37,704 nt of DNA from an uncultured Wolbachia sp. (GCA_902646575.1 CACRCM010000001.1:1-37704), one strand, 5' to 3'; shown: positions 21,399 to 32,804, counted from the first letter of the stretch. The notes: generated by a model from the sequence alone, not told the origin. Numbers and translations: made by a program.

Positions 21399-22004
21399 AT
21401 GAGCATAGAAATAAATGTACTAATTACTAATACGAATAAATTAGAAGAATACATAGATAAAAATGAAAGGCGAGAGCAAGAAAAAAAAGACAAGCAATCG
21501 TATAGTGCTATAGAGAGAAAGGTAAAAAAAGAAGAGCACAAGAGCGAAAAACCAAGAAGTCAAGACAGAACTATCAAGAAGGACAAAAGGTTAATCAAAA
21601 AAGGTGCTAGCCCTGAAGTACTGACTAGATTAAGAGGATCAATTAGAGAACAAGAAAAATATTATATATACTATATCCAGAGCTTTCTTCTGGCATTAAA
21701 CAGAAAAATATCGAAAGAACTAGACCCTACAAAAAAAGAGGAAATAAGACAAGTAATTTCTGAAATTACTTGCAATAGCAAACATTACTTTAATAGTACT
21801 GCTACCCACAAGCAAAACAATCACAGGAATAGTGAAAATAGTAAACTAGAAAGTGGCTACAGCAGCGATGTTGAAGATGATCATAAAGTAGAAACAAACA
21901 ACATAGTAGTAAGTAATAGTACTCAATTATTAAAAGCAATCAAACATCAAAATGATAAAAAATTTAAAAAAAATCTAAAAATTGTATGGATATTAGCAGC
22001 ATAA
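21399..22004 (+). CDS. N-terminal half of a frameshifted ankyrin-repeat protein
   Basis: GAGGA RBS then ATG 21399. Lys/Glu-rich. Ends in the first half of an ankyrin repeat (QLLKAIKHQNDKKFKKNL) that continues in the -1 frame. Confidence 0.75.
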   Translation: MSIEINVLITNTNKLEEYIDKNERREQEKKDKQSYSAIERKVKKEEHKSEKPRSQDRTIKKDKRLIKKGASPEVLTRLRGSIREQEKYYIYYIQSFLLALNRKISKELDPTKKEEIRQVISEITCNSKHYFNSTATHKQNNHRNSENSKLESGYSSDVEDDHKVETNNIVVSNSTQLLKAIKHQNDKKFKKNLKIVWILAA

Positions 22005-23992
22005 AAGATAAGGAAAGAAAGAATATTTTATACTTCATTGCATTCTTAAAAAGGAAACAGAAACTTAAGTTCTTAGGTACCCTAATTAAAACGGTTAGCA
22101 GAGAGAACCCAGCACAGTTCATTTATAGCAAAGATGATGGAAAGACTCCTATTCAGGAGATATTAATCAACAAGATAACAGAAGAAAAACATGAATCTCA
22201 TATAGTCCAGAATAACAATAACACGCTTAAGTTCTTCACAAAACTGTTAAAACATAAAACCAACTATAGTAATTTAGAATCATTCATAGAAGAATTACAA
22301 GGCTTAAAAGAAGAGCAAAAGGCATACTATCATAATTTCTTAAAAAAATCAACAGAATTAATAAAACAACCTAAATCAGAGCAAAAACCTGATATAGAAA
22401 AAAAAATTAAAGATATTATAACACATACTATAAATAGTTTAGATATTAATAGCAATTATTTATTACATTCAGCAATTAATAATTACGATAAAAAACTTTT
22501 TAAAGAACTGTTACAAAAAGGGTTGGATGTTAGCTTTAAAGACACAAATGGCAACAACACCCTACATCTAATAATTTCAAAATTGAAAAAAGAACAAAAG
22601 CTTGAATTCCTCAATATATTACTAAAAGTAGGTCAAAAAGAACAATTTATCAATGCCATAAATAATAGAAAGAATCAAGAAGGGCAAACACCTTTTCATA
22701 AACTACTCCAGTATATACAGGAAAAAAGCAAAAAGTCTTCATCAATAAATGAAATAAAAAATATAATAAAAAAAGAATTTAAAAATACTAACAAATATAA
22801 AGTCTTCAAGCTATTGCTAGAAAACGGTGCCAATATTACTACTCAGGATAAAAAAGAAAATAACGCTCTACATTATATCGTTTCATTCAAAGGAAGACAA
22901 AAAATTGCATATTTGAAGTTGATTTTAGGTAAAGATGAATTTATTTACGCTATAAATACTATTAATGAGAAGGGGCAAACACCTTTTCATAAACTACTCC
23001 AGTACATACAAAAAAAGAGTGAAAAATCTTCACTAACAAGTTTTAAAAATACTAAAAGATATAAAGCCTTAAAACTTCTGTTAGAAAATGGTGCTGATAT
23101 CACTGTTAAAGACAGTAATAAAAGAAATGCTCTACACTATATTGCTTCACTTAAAGGAGAACAAAAGGTTGTATGCTTAGATTTAGTAGTAAAAAGCACA
23201 AATATACCTGAGAATAAGCTAAGTCAAGCTGTAAACGCTAGTAATAGTAAAAAACAAACACCGCTACAAGTAGCATTAATTTCCAAGGCAGTGAAAAGTA
23301 GATATAATCTTCCCAATCCTAGAAATCGTGATAACACAATCAAGTTCTGTGTAAAATTACTGCAAAATGGCGCTGACCCAAAGCAATTAATACTGCCTAA
23401 ACTATTATGGAATAGAGAGTATTATCAAACTATAAAAGGAATAGAGAAGTCAATGGGTAAATTACTTATTCCAGATGACATGAGAACTAATTTAAAACTT
23501 AATTTTGGTAAGAAATTTAAAGCACGTGACATTGTGAAGCGTGTCAACAATGTTGCCTATAAAGTAATGATAACACTCATATTTGCTGCTCTAACCTGTG
23601 CAGTAGTATTCAGTGCTGCTCAGGGAAGTATTACAATTACTACTACATCATCTACTATAGCAGCTATAGGAATCTGCTATCTCATCTGCTTGAATTTAGA
23701 AAACATTTATGAAAAATTTAAAAAAGCTAAAAGGGAATTTACTGGAGAAAAACAAATTATACCTCAAGGTAAGATACCAAAAAATGATACACAATACAAT
23801 AATTCTTCCAAAAGAATAGAAAATATGCCTAATGGTTTAGAAAAACAAAAAACGCAAGAACTGCAAGACCAATCAAAATGTATTGAAAGCCCCCCTAGTT
23901 TTAAAATAGACGATATATCAATATCCCAATTTACCAAGGAACTATTAGAATCCAACAAGCAATTTAATAAATCCTCTCTTCTGGTGCTATGA
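21986..23992 (+). CDS. Ankyrin-repeat protein with C-terminal transmembrane hairpin (C-terminal part of split gene)
   Basis: Repeats [16 protein letters not shown] (twice), [39 protein letters not shown]. Hydrophobic [19 protein letters not shown] and [13 protein letters not shown] near the C-terminus. Confidence 0.9.
   Translation: MDISSIKDKERKNILYFIAFLKRKQKLKFLGTLIKTVSRENPAQFIYSKDDGKTPIQEILINKITEEKHESHIVQNNNNTLKFFTKLLKHKTNYSNLESFIEELQGLKEEQKAYYHNFLKKSTELIKQPKSEQKPDIEKKIKDIITHTINSLDINSNYLLHSAINNYDKKLFKELLQKGLDVSFKDTNGNNTLHLIISKLKKEQKLEFLNILLKVGQKEQFINAINNRKNQEGQTPFHKLLQYIQEKSKKSSSINEIKNIIKKEFKNTNKYKVFKLLLENGANITTQDKKENNALHYIVSFKGRQKIAYLKLILGKDEFIYAINTINEKGQTPFHKLLQYIQKKSEKSSLTSFKNTKRYKALKLLLENGADITVKDSNKRNALHYIASLKGEQKVVCLDLVVKSTNIPENKLSQAVNASNSKKQTPLQVALISKAVKSRYNLPNPRNRDNTIKFCVKLLQNGADPKQLILPKLLWNREYYQTIKGIEKSMGKLLIPDDMRTNLKLNFGKKFKARDIVKRVNNVAYKVMITLIFAALTCAVVFSAAQGSITITTTSSTIAAIGICYLICLNLENIYEKFKKAKREFTGEKQIIPQGKIPKNDTQYNNSSKRIENMPNGLEKQKTQELQDQSKCIESPPSFKIDDISISQFTKELLESNKQFNKSSLLVL
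22682..23004 (+). repeat. Internal duplication in ankyrin gene, 291-bp period
   Basis: Identical 32-mer GGGCAAACACCTTTTCATAAACTACTCCAGTA at 22682-22713 and 22973-23004. Confidence 0.9.
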
Positions 23993-25769
23993 AGTCAATC
24001 TCATCACTCAAAGTTTTTTCAGCAACTTTTTTATAATCAATTTTCACATTAATTTCGCCTTCCTCTTCTTCAAGCCATGCCATAGTGTGCTTCATCCAAT
24101 TTTTGTCATCACGCTTAGGAAAATCCTCACGAGCATGAGCACCTCTACTTTCTTCGCGGTTAGCTGCACATTCCATAGTAATAACTGCTTGTGGAACCAT
24201 ATTAGCGAGTTCTAGTGCTTCAACTAAATCGCTGTTCCATATCATACTGCGATCTTCAATTACAATGTCAAACATCATTTTTGCTACTTCTTTTATAGCT
24301 TTCTTACCTTCTTCTAAAACCTCAGCAACGCGAAATATAGATGCATATCTTTGCATAGTGTTCTGCATTTTATTGCGTATTTTCGCTACTCTAAACCCTC
24401 CAGAAGCAAATCTCATCTTGTTGAACCTATCTACTATCCAATCTGTACAATCTGAGTGCAATTTTCTATGTGGTGTATTGAGCTTTAATTTTTCCTTTGC
24501 TCTTAGTGCTGCAGCTCTACCAAAAACTATAAGATCAAGAAGCGAGTTAGAACCAAGTCGATTTGCACCGTGTACAGAAATACATGCTGCTTCTCCAATT
24601 GCAAATAATCCTTCTACTATTTCCTCCTTACCTTTTTTCAATGTGATCACTTCTCCATGATAATTAGTTGGAATACCACCCATATTATAGTGAACAGTTG
24701 GAATAACCGGTATTGGATCTTTGGTAACATCAACTCCTGCAAAAGCCTTTGCGGTTTCGCTAATCCCCGGAAGTCTCAGTTTTATTACTTCTGGATCAAG
24801 GTGTGCTATAGCTAAATATATGTGATCTTTCTTTGGTCCAACTCCTCTTCCCTCTCTAATTTCAATTGTTATTGCACGACTTACCACATCGCGAGAAGCT
24901 AAATCCTTTGCCTTAGAAGCGTAGCGTTCCATGAACCTCTCACCTTGAGAATTAATAAGGTACCCACCTTCTCCTCGACATCCTTCTGTCATCAAGCATC
25001 CTGAACCATATATTCCTGTTGGATGAAATTGCACAAACTCCATATCCTCAAGTGGCAATCCGGCTCTCACTACCATACCATTACCATCACCTGTGCAGGT
25101 GTGTGCACTTGTTGCAGAAAAGTAAATACGCCCATATCCACCTGTTGCTATCACCACCGCATGTGCACGAAATTTATGCAGTGTACCATCGCATAGTGAC
25201 CAAGCAAAAACTCCACAGCACACTCCGGTTTTATTGTCCATAATTAAATCAATCACAAAGTATTCAACAAAAAATTTAACATTGAACTTAAGACACTGCT
25301 GATATAGAGTGTGAAGAATTGCATGCCCAGTTTTATCTGCTGCTGCACAAGTACGCTGAGCTGATTTTCCTTTACCAAAATGAGTTGTCATCCCCCCAAA
25401 AGAACGCTGGTATATTGTGCCTTTTTCCGTACGAGAAAAAGGCACACCGAAATTCTCAAGTTCAATAACAGCCTTAGCAGCGTTTTTACACATATATTCT
25501 ATTGCATCTTGATCACCAAGCCAATCTGATCCTTTTATTGTATCATACGCATGCCAGCGCCAATCGTCCTCAGCAATATTCCCTAAAGCTGCACTGATTC
25601 CACCTTGAGCTGCAACTGTATGACTGCGCGTAGGAAAGATTTTAGAGATACAAGCAACTGAAAAATTAGTGGCAGCGATTTCAAGTGCTGTTCTGAGTCC
25701 TGCTCCACCTGCACCTACTACCACTACATCATACTCATGTTCTATAATCGCGTATGCCAACTTATCCAT
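23964..25769 (-). CDS. sdhA: Succinate dehydrogenase flavoprotein subunit
   Basis: [18 protein letters not shown] (FAD His), [33 protein letters not shown]. Confidence 0.98.
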   Translation of the reverse strand: MDKLAYAIIEHEYDVVVVGAGGAGLRTALEIAATNFSVACISKIFPTRSHTVAAQGGISAALGNIAEDDWRWHAYDTIKGSDWLGDQDAIEYMCKNAAKAVIELENFGVPFSRTEKGTIYQRSFGGMTTHFGKGKSAQRTCAAADKTGHAILHTLYQQCLKFNVKFFVEYFVIDLIMDNKTGVCCGVFAWSLCDGTLHKFRAHAVVIATGGYGRIYFSATSAHTCTGDGNGMVVRAGLPLEDMEFVQFHPTGIYGSGCLMTEGCRGEGGYLINSQGERFMERYASKAKDLASRDVVSRAITIEIREGRGVGPKKDHIYLAIAHLDPEVIKLRLPGISETAKAFAGVDVTKDPIPVIPTVHYNMGGIPTNYHGEVITLKKGKEEIVEGLFAIGEAACISVHGANRLGSNSLLDLIVFGRAAALRAKEKLKLNTPHRKLHSDCTDWIVDRFNKMRFASGGFRVAKIRNKMQNTMQRYASIFRVAEVLEEGKKAIKEVAKMMFDIVIEDRSMIWNSDLVEALELANMVPQAVITMECAANREESRGAHAREDFPKRDDKNWMKHTMAWLEEEEGEINVKIDYKKVAEKTLSDEIDFIAPEERIY

Positions 25770-25899
25770 ATTTGCTTATTCATAACTATAGACTTATAAT
25801 ATCAAAGAGGTAGAAAAAATCTATATTAGTTTTCTAGTATCGGTAGATAAAATTAATTGAGAGTTGAGACTACTACAGAACTTAGAAAACGAGTTATTT

Positions 25900-26600
25900 A
25901 GGCACTTAATTTATGTAATTAGTATATGTTACATCAAAGTCTTCATGCCATTGTTTTTTTTGCAAAACTTTCGTCACCAAATTACTTGGTTTTATATGCC
26001 TATGAAAAAAAACTTATAGAATCATGCAACAAACACATTCCATTGTTTTAGCCTATTTATAAGCTTAACTAAAGAAATATATAGCCAATCCAACACTAAG
26101 AAAAAACTGAGTACAATACCAATCAACCCCCACTACCACTACATCCATCTTTTCCCTTCTCTAATTTAGCTTAGTCTATCCATACTACCACAAAGTGTAG
26201 CTCTTGCTTTTCCTCGAGCTAAATAACCCAATAGAACTTAGCCTTTTTTATTCCGAAAGTTTATGTGAGCATAAAGTCCTTCATTCCAATTCCCTTATTA
26301 AGTTATTTACATAACCATTTATTGCTTATTTTAAATATTTCATCACATCTTCTAGTGATTATTTGTTAGGATTTTAGATAAAATGAAGCAGAATTTTGTG
26401 TACTACCACTTCTCTTGATATTTTCGTGTTATAAAGCGCTGAAAATATAGCACGTATTTTTTATATGTAAACCATTTACCATTAAAATCTGTAACAAGTA
26501 ACAAACTCTATTTCATCATTATCAATAAAGTTTATTATTAAACCAATACTTTTTTCGTTCTAGCTTAACAAATTTTGACAATTAACTCAATCATACGTAC
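25900..26600 (-). pseudogene. Degraded membrane protein with hydrophobic C-terminus
   Basis: Broken frames including GLIGIVLSFF, FLSVGLAIYFFS, VCCMIL and HIKPSNLVTKVL, resembling the TM-hairpin tail of Wolbachia ANK/effector-like proteins. Confidence 0.4.
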
Positions 26601-26761
26601 CCTTATTCTGATCACATCAATAACATAATAAATTCTGTTAAAAGTCAAGAATTTAGCTAATAAGTTAATATATTTAATGAAATTTCTATAAATATTATAG
26701 AACTAACTGCAGAGTAAACGAAACATTATCCAATTTTGATCAACATTTTGTAACAAATCTG

Positions 26762-29053
26762 TTAAAAAAAACTTACAGGATCAACATCTACTGTAACTGT
26801 GGTACTTAAATTTAAGTTACAGCTTTGAATCCAATATTTCAGCTTCTTTTGTACGGATAAACAATGTTTATTATGTATCTTTAGTAAGATCCTATACCGA
26901 TACTTCTTATTTAAGAAATTTACTGCTGCCGGCGATGGACCAAGAATTTCAAATTCTTTTCTTCTAAGTCCTGGTATCACACACTGAAATGGCAATAAAG
27001 AAGGAGCAGTAGTCAAACATTGATTATGCAAAAAGCTGGCTATTTTGCTTGCTGCTTTTTGTGTTGCAATCTGATCTTTACCACAAACTATAAGTGCTAT
27101 CAACCTGCTAAATGGTGGCATTTGAGCTTTAGATCTCAACTTAAGTTCAAGTTCATAAAATAAGTCCCTTTTTTGATGCTGCAATGCTTTTATTATCAAA
27201 CTTTCAGGATTATTTGTCTGTACTATTACTGTTCCTTTTTCGTTAAACCTTCCAGATCTTCCTGCAACTTGGTGCAACAACTGATACATTTTTTCTGCTG
27301 CCCTTAGATCAGAATTCTCAAGACTTAAATCTGCATTTATCACCCCAACTAAAGTTAATTTAGGGAAATTGTGTCCCTTAGCAATTATCTGTGTACCGAT
27401 TATAACATTCACTTCTTCTTTCAATACTAAGTCAATAACATTACTCACTGACTTCTGATCACTACTTACGATCACAGTTTTCGCGTTTGGTATTAATTTT
27501 ACTGTTTCCTCAAGTAGTCTTTCAATCCCTACACCATAAAGAAACAATGGCTGTTCGCTTTGACAATTAGGACATTTTTCTGGAAGCGTTAATTGATAAG
27601 AGCAATGACGACATAAAAGAACATTCTTTTTCTTGTAATACGTAAGCCAAACAGAACAATTTAAGCAGGAAATTTTGTATCCGCACTTTTTACAAACTGC
27701 AAGCTGAGCATACCCTCGGCGATTTAAAAAAAGCATAACCTGCTGATTTTTTTTTATGGCTCGTTCTATACCCTCAAAAAGCTGATTGGAAATCCACTGC
27801 TTATTATTTCTCATGTCTACTACTCTAATCAGTGGCAATTCTGCATCACCAAACCGCTTAGCTAACCTTACATAATTATAATTACCGTTTTTAACATGAT
27901 GAATGGTTTCAAGCAATGGAGTTGCCGACGATAAAATTATTGGAATATTTTCAATTTTGGCTAAGACTATTGCCATATCTCGAGCATTGTATATAGTTCC
28001 TTGCTCTTGTTTAAAAGATGAATCATGCTCTTCATCAACAATAATTAATCTTAGATTCTTATAAGGCAAAAAAAGCGCTGACCTCGTCCCTACAATTACC
28101 TGCACATTTCCATTCGCTACATTAAGCCAATTATTGCGACGAGTTTTTGGAGTAAGCTCTGAATGCCACTGAGCTAAATTTCTTGATACTCGATCGCAGA
28201 TACGATTTATCAATTGCGAAGTTAAAATAATTTCAGGTAGAAGAATTAAAACTTGTGCATTACACTCTCCAGATGTCATTTCAACATTTTCTGATGTCAT
28301 CCTAGTATCAGGCACTAGAACCCAGTCTTTATTATATAACTGCCTAGCATGCTCATTTACAATGAAGCTTTCTAAATTACAGTGTCTTGATACTGAAGTC
28401 ACATCATTTTTGTTAGAAAGCAACCTTATATTATAACATTCATACAATTGCATACTTGACACTGATTTTCTTTCCTGAATTCCAACGTCTGCACACTGAA
28501 ATGACAAAGTTTGAGCAGCACCTAGAACGGTAGGCGGACTACTGTAATTCTTAATCAATTGCGCAACTACAGAGAGATAAACTTCTGTTTTCCCAGACCC
28601 GGTTTCACCATCAAGTAAAGTTACTGAATACCCATTCAAGTTGCTTATTATTTTATCACTAGCTGTTTGCTGCTCAGCACTTAATCGGCAGCTTATATTA
28701 CTTATTTCCTGTTTCTGCTCAGCACAAACCAATTTGTTTACTTGGTTCACTTTTAACACTCTCCCCATTATCATTTTGGCAAGCATACCGATAGGTATTA
28801 AATTATATCGTGCAACCCACTCTGCAAATCCAATCAACTTTGGTCTAATGTTTGGTAAATCAATCTTTTGCTCAATAAATTTCAATTCTCGATCGCCTTT
28901 GCTGCCATATTTCCAAACTATGCCGATTAAGCGTTTCTTACCAAATGGCACTACTACGTAATCCCCAATTAAAATTTCAGCATTTTCCTTAATTGCATAT
29001 GAAAATAACTGGTCAATTGGAAGTGGTAGCAATACGTCAACCGTTCTTGTCAT
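26762..29053 (-). CDS. priA: Primosomal protein N' (replication-restart helicase) with two repeat-derived insertions
   Basis: GETGSGKTEVYL, IVDEEHDSSFKQ, LSSATP, LNRRGYA, four CxxC pairs, QVAGRSGR, VDVDP. Confidence 0.97.
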   Translation of the reverse strand: MTRTVDVLLPLPIDQLFSYAIKENAEILIGDYVVVPFGKKRLIGIVWKYGSKGDRELKFIEQKIDLPNIRPKLIGFAEWVARYNLIPIGMLAKMIMGRVLKVNQVNKLVCAEQKQEISNISCRLSAEQQTASDKIISNLNGYSVTLLDGETGSGKTEVYLSVVAQLIKNYSSPPTVLGAAQTLSFQCADVGIQERKSVSSMQLYECYNIRLLSNKNDVTSVSRHCNLESFIVNEHARQLYNKDWVLVPDTRMTSENVEMTSGECNAQVLILLPEIILTSQLINRICDRVSRNLAQWHSELTPKTRRNNWLNVANGNVQVIVGTRSALFLPYKNLRLIIVDEEHDSSFKQEQGTIYNARDMAIVLAKIENIPIILSSATPLLETIHHVKNGNYNYVRLAKRFGDAELPLIRVVDMRNNKQWISNQLFEGIERAIKKNQQVMLFLNRRGYAQLAVCKKCGYKISCLNCSVWLTYYKKKNVLLCRHCSYQLTLPEKCPNCQSEQPLFLYGVGIERLLEETVKLIPNAKTVIVSSDQKSVSNVIDLVLKEEVNVIIGTQIIAKGHNFPKLTLVGVINADLSLENSDLRAAEKMYQLLHQVAGRSGRFNEKGTVIVQTNNPESLIIKALQHQKRDLFYELELKLRSKAQMPPFSRLIALIVCGKDQIATQKAASKIASFLHNQCLTTAPSLLPFQCVIPGLRRKEFEILGPSPAAVNFLNKKYRYRILLKIHNKHCLSVQKKLKYWIQSCNLNLSTTVTVDVDPVSFF
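26957..27022 (-). repeat. Partial WPE in-frame in priA C-terminal domain
   Basis: Minus strand TTGCCATTTCAGTGTGTGATACCAGGACTTAG resembles a WPE arm. Encodes QCLTTAPSLLPFQCVIPGLRRK just before conserved EILGP. Confidence 0.65.
28259..28543 (-). repeat. Compound WPE in-frame insertion (~95 aa) in priA helicase domain
   Basis: Three WPE-like arms: TGTCATCCTAGTATCAGGCACTAGAACCCAG; ATTACAGTGTCTTGATACTGAAGTCAC; CTGAATTCCAACGTCTGCACACTGAAATGACA. GATGTCAT repeats at 21-bp spacing. Lies between Walker A and QVLILLPEI. Confidence 0.88.
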
Positions 29054-29149
29054 AGCAACCTAAGTTTAGCACTATTTTGAGAGCTTTTGCTTAATTTTTA
29101 TGAGCAAATTAATTTCAACTAATGTTATGTAAGTTTGTTTAGCTAAGAT

Positions 29150-30500
29150 AATGAAAACATACAAGAAACTCATATATAGAAATTAATAGAACTTTCTGAA
29201 CTTCATAAAAACTTTATGCAGAACAGAAAACTAAGCAAACCGAAAAAACAATCATTTGAAATGAATGAGAATTTGAAAAGAATACTTCAAAACCAGATTA
29301 AATATACGTAGCAATATGATTATAAGAGAACTCTTGTTACACGCAGTACCAATGCTTAGATGCTCAGTATTTGCTTTTATACATGGCTAAATTACTACCA
29401 AAAAATGAAAATAAGAAGAATACCTGTTATTGCAGGCAAATTAATACATAAAAATAAGCACAGCTCAATTTTCTGTTATCTAAATAAAATAAGCTGAAAT
29501 GGTATATCAATTTGAAAGATATATTTGCTTAATATATCTGACTATACTAAGATGAAAATAAAATTGCTACAATTATGATTATTATGACTTCAGTGAGGAG
29601 CATTTCAGTCAAATATCAAAGAAAATGTAAACAAAAATATCGTAGGAAAAGCAGTATTTTAAAGTAATAAGGAAACATGTAGAAAACATACAAAAGGTTA
29701 TCTGCTATTCCAGTGATCACAGAAAATTGGAATAATAGTAATGTGAATAATTTCAAAGAAGCATTTCAAGGTGTATTATCTTTCAGTTTCTCTAATCAGT
29801 TAGATATATAAAAAACAGAAAAGATAAAACCGAAGTACCTACTATCACTATAACTTACTACCAAAATCTAAACCTAATTTTAAAAACAACAACTGATGAT
29901 TTAGGTTACCATATTGTGATATTTACTAAATCATTTCAATCAAAAGTGGGTAGCAATGTTGAACCATCAACTGCAATGACAAGCGGACTTAAGAATAACT
30001 CACTATAAACAATATCGCTGCACGATCATCTGTTTTAATTTCCACATAACAAAAATAACTAGTGAATAGCAGCCTATAGATGTTCACAAGTAAAGTAACT
30101 TCATCTTCAACACATTTCAAAAAAAACACACACACAAATAGAAATAACAAATTGAAACAAAAAACAAAGCACTCAGCAACTATTTTGCAGTAAAAACAAT
30201 AAAATATATAATTTCTCGCAAAAACAGTTTTCAAAAACCTCTGCAAGGGAATGAATAAAATAGGCTAAATTACTATTTGATGCTGCAGGTACACACTAGG
30301 TACAATGAGAATCACATCTAAAATTACTGCTATCAAAGTAATTACAATAGTTATGTTATTAAAAAATCACAGATACAACATTAGGTAGTATAGTATATAT
30401 GGTATCTTACAAACATAACAATAAACAACTTTTATACCGAAGCTGCTACAGAAGTGACATATTACAAAAAGTTTATCTACAACAAACTGGACTCAGTCTT
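29150..30500 (+). pseudogene. Degraded hypothetical protein with hydrophobic C-terminal segments, possibly ANK/effector-like
   Basis: About 1.35 kb, A-rich and coding-like, starting ATGAAAACATAC. Fragments ITENWNNSNVNNFKEAFQGVLSFSFS; ITAIKVITIVMLL; TTLGSIVYMVSYK. Many stops. Confidence 0.4.
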
Positions 30501-30556
30501 TTTTAATAATTATATGCTATCAATTATATATAAGTTCCCATTTTCTAGAACAAAAG

Positions 30557-32800
30557 ATAATTTATAAAAATTTAAAGGCAGTTTAAATAGAGCACTGCCG
30601 ATTACTTCTGATTTTCAATTTTAAGTACATACAAGTAGAACATTTACTGTTAGCGTTAACTAAAGATGTAATTGTAAATTATGTCCATCAAAATAAGCAT
30701 CAAAATTGATGAAATCATCAATATAAACAATATTCTATCAAGATATAGTGTCAAAATTAATAGCTATTATGGTAATAACATAAAAGGTCTTCTAGAAGAT
30801 ACTTCTGAAATGATCATCAATAGAACTAGGCCTGATTCATTATTTCAATGCATAAACACATAGAGTCATAATATAAGTTTATAGCCTAGAAAGAAAAAAT
30901 AAATAGTAAATGTTCTAGTAGAAATTTATCTGAACAAGATCTATCTGAAGATCTATTGCAGAAACAAAATACAAAGAATCCTAATTTGGTTTATCACATA
31001 CCTAATATGAAATGTTCAAAATGATATATATGAACACACTACTAATCATAAAGAAAAATTTGATAAAAATAACGATATCTCTACTATAGTAAATAAAGGT
31101 AAGCTATTATAAAGATGAAAAAGCTCTGCAAAATTATTGCAAAAATCTAAATGATTATGCGAAGAAGTAAGAAAAATAGACTATGTTATCATTCGTGGTT
31201 ATGAATGAAACCGTACTATAGAAATCTTATTAAGACGCAAAAAAATAATCTTCTATATGTTAGGAATCAGATATTGGCAAAACTATGATAGTTGAAGAAG
31301 ATTCAGCACTAAGTAGTGCTTCCAATATGCTGAGGTCCAGCATAATTTATGCTTTAGATTTAGGTTCATTCCTTGCAAGAACTCCCTATAAAGGAGACTT
31401 TAAAGAGAAAATAAAATCTATAATAAAAACAATTAAGACAAAACCTGGTGCATTCTTTTCATCGATGAAATACACCCACTGTTATTCGAGTAGGTTCAAC
31501 AAGTGGTAACTTTCTTGATACTACTGGTAATCCATCTAAACTCGTACACATATTGCATCGCATAGGTACAACTACATACAGAGAATACAACAATAGTTTT
31601 GAAAAGGACAAGGCATTAGTAAGAAGGTTTCAAAAAATTAATATGAAAGAATCTTCTGTTAACGAGGCAATAAAAATACTAAACGATACAAAGCCCTACT
31701 ATGAAAGGTACCAGAGAGCAATTATACAAAATACGCCATTAAATCTGCAATTGAACTTTCATATAAATATATTAGCGGGGTAGACATGACCTGATGAAGC
31801 ATAGGCATATTACAATTCACAAAAGAAAACAGACGAAAAATTGCAAACAGCAAAGATATCAAGAAACTATCACTAGGATTACAAACATATTTTATAGATC
31901 TGAATTTAATAACATACAAAAAGTCAAACCTCTAAAAGAGAATCTCAAGAAGGTAATTTTTGGTCAAGGGCAAGCGATAGAATCTCTTGTTAATTTCATC
32001 AAAATTGCTAAATTCGAGCTGAAAAATTATAATAAACCTTTAACTAATTATCTCTTTACAGAGCAACAAATATAGGTAAAACTGAACTTATGAAAACAGC
32101 TAGCAAAAAAATATGAATATGAATCTTGTACGTTTTGACATGTCCAAATATAAAGTATTTTATACAATATCTAGAATAATTGATTCCCCCCATGGGTATG
32201 CTATAAGTTATAACTAAGATAGACTGTTTACAGAAAATGTATCTAACAGTCAATATAATGTTATACTTCCTAATCAAATCGAGAAAGCTCACAAGCGATA
32301 TTTATTAATATATTACTACAAATCATAAATTATAATTGCACTATAATTCTAATTATGACAACCAATATAGAGATATTTGAACGCAGTAAAAACTCCATCA
32401 GTTTTAGATATAAAGATTTTAACATTGGTGATAGCAAAAAAAAGCAATAGAGACAGGTTTTTAATCACGAATTCCATAATCATCTCGACGTTGTTATTTC
32501 TTTCTCTGACTTAAATATGGATATAATTCTGCACATTATGGATAAATTCGCTCAGGAATTAAAAACACAGCTCATGCAAAAAGACATAATCTACTCAGTG
32601 AAGGAAGAAGTAAAATTTTACCTTGTACAAACTGGCTACAGTAAGGAAATGAGAGCAAATCTAATAAAAAGATCGATTGGAGAAGAAATAAAAAATCACT
32701 TAATTAAGAAAAATACTAAATTAACAATTAATTAAAGGAGAAAATTAAGGATTTATATGAATAACAAGAAAATAAGATCACTTTTGATATCGTTTATAAA
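30557..32800 (+). pseudogene. clpA: Degraded ATP-dependent Clp protease ATP-binding subunit ClpA
   Basis: Colinear fragments SLNRAL, VEHLLLALTKD, ALQNYCKNLNDYA, TIEILLRRKK, SDIGKTMIVE (eroded Walker A), IYALDLGSFLARTPYKGDFKEKIK, FFIDEIH, IGTTTYREY, FEKDKALVRRFQKI, VIFGQGQAI, IGKTEL, RFDMS, EFHNHLDVVISF. Confidence 0.9.
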
Positions 32801-32804
32801 ACTC

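Noticed and set aside
7301-28543. Insertions in AlaS, IleS and PriA as inteins or introns
   Set aside because: Too short, no intein block motifs or His-Asn terminus, no group I/II intron features; the DNA matches palindromic repeats instead.
30681-32735. ORFs 30681-30863, 31285-31509, 31553-31783, 31794-32075 and 32517-32735 as a novel small-gene operon
   Set aside because: They lie within, and mostly are colinear fragments of, one clpA pseudogene.
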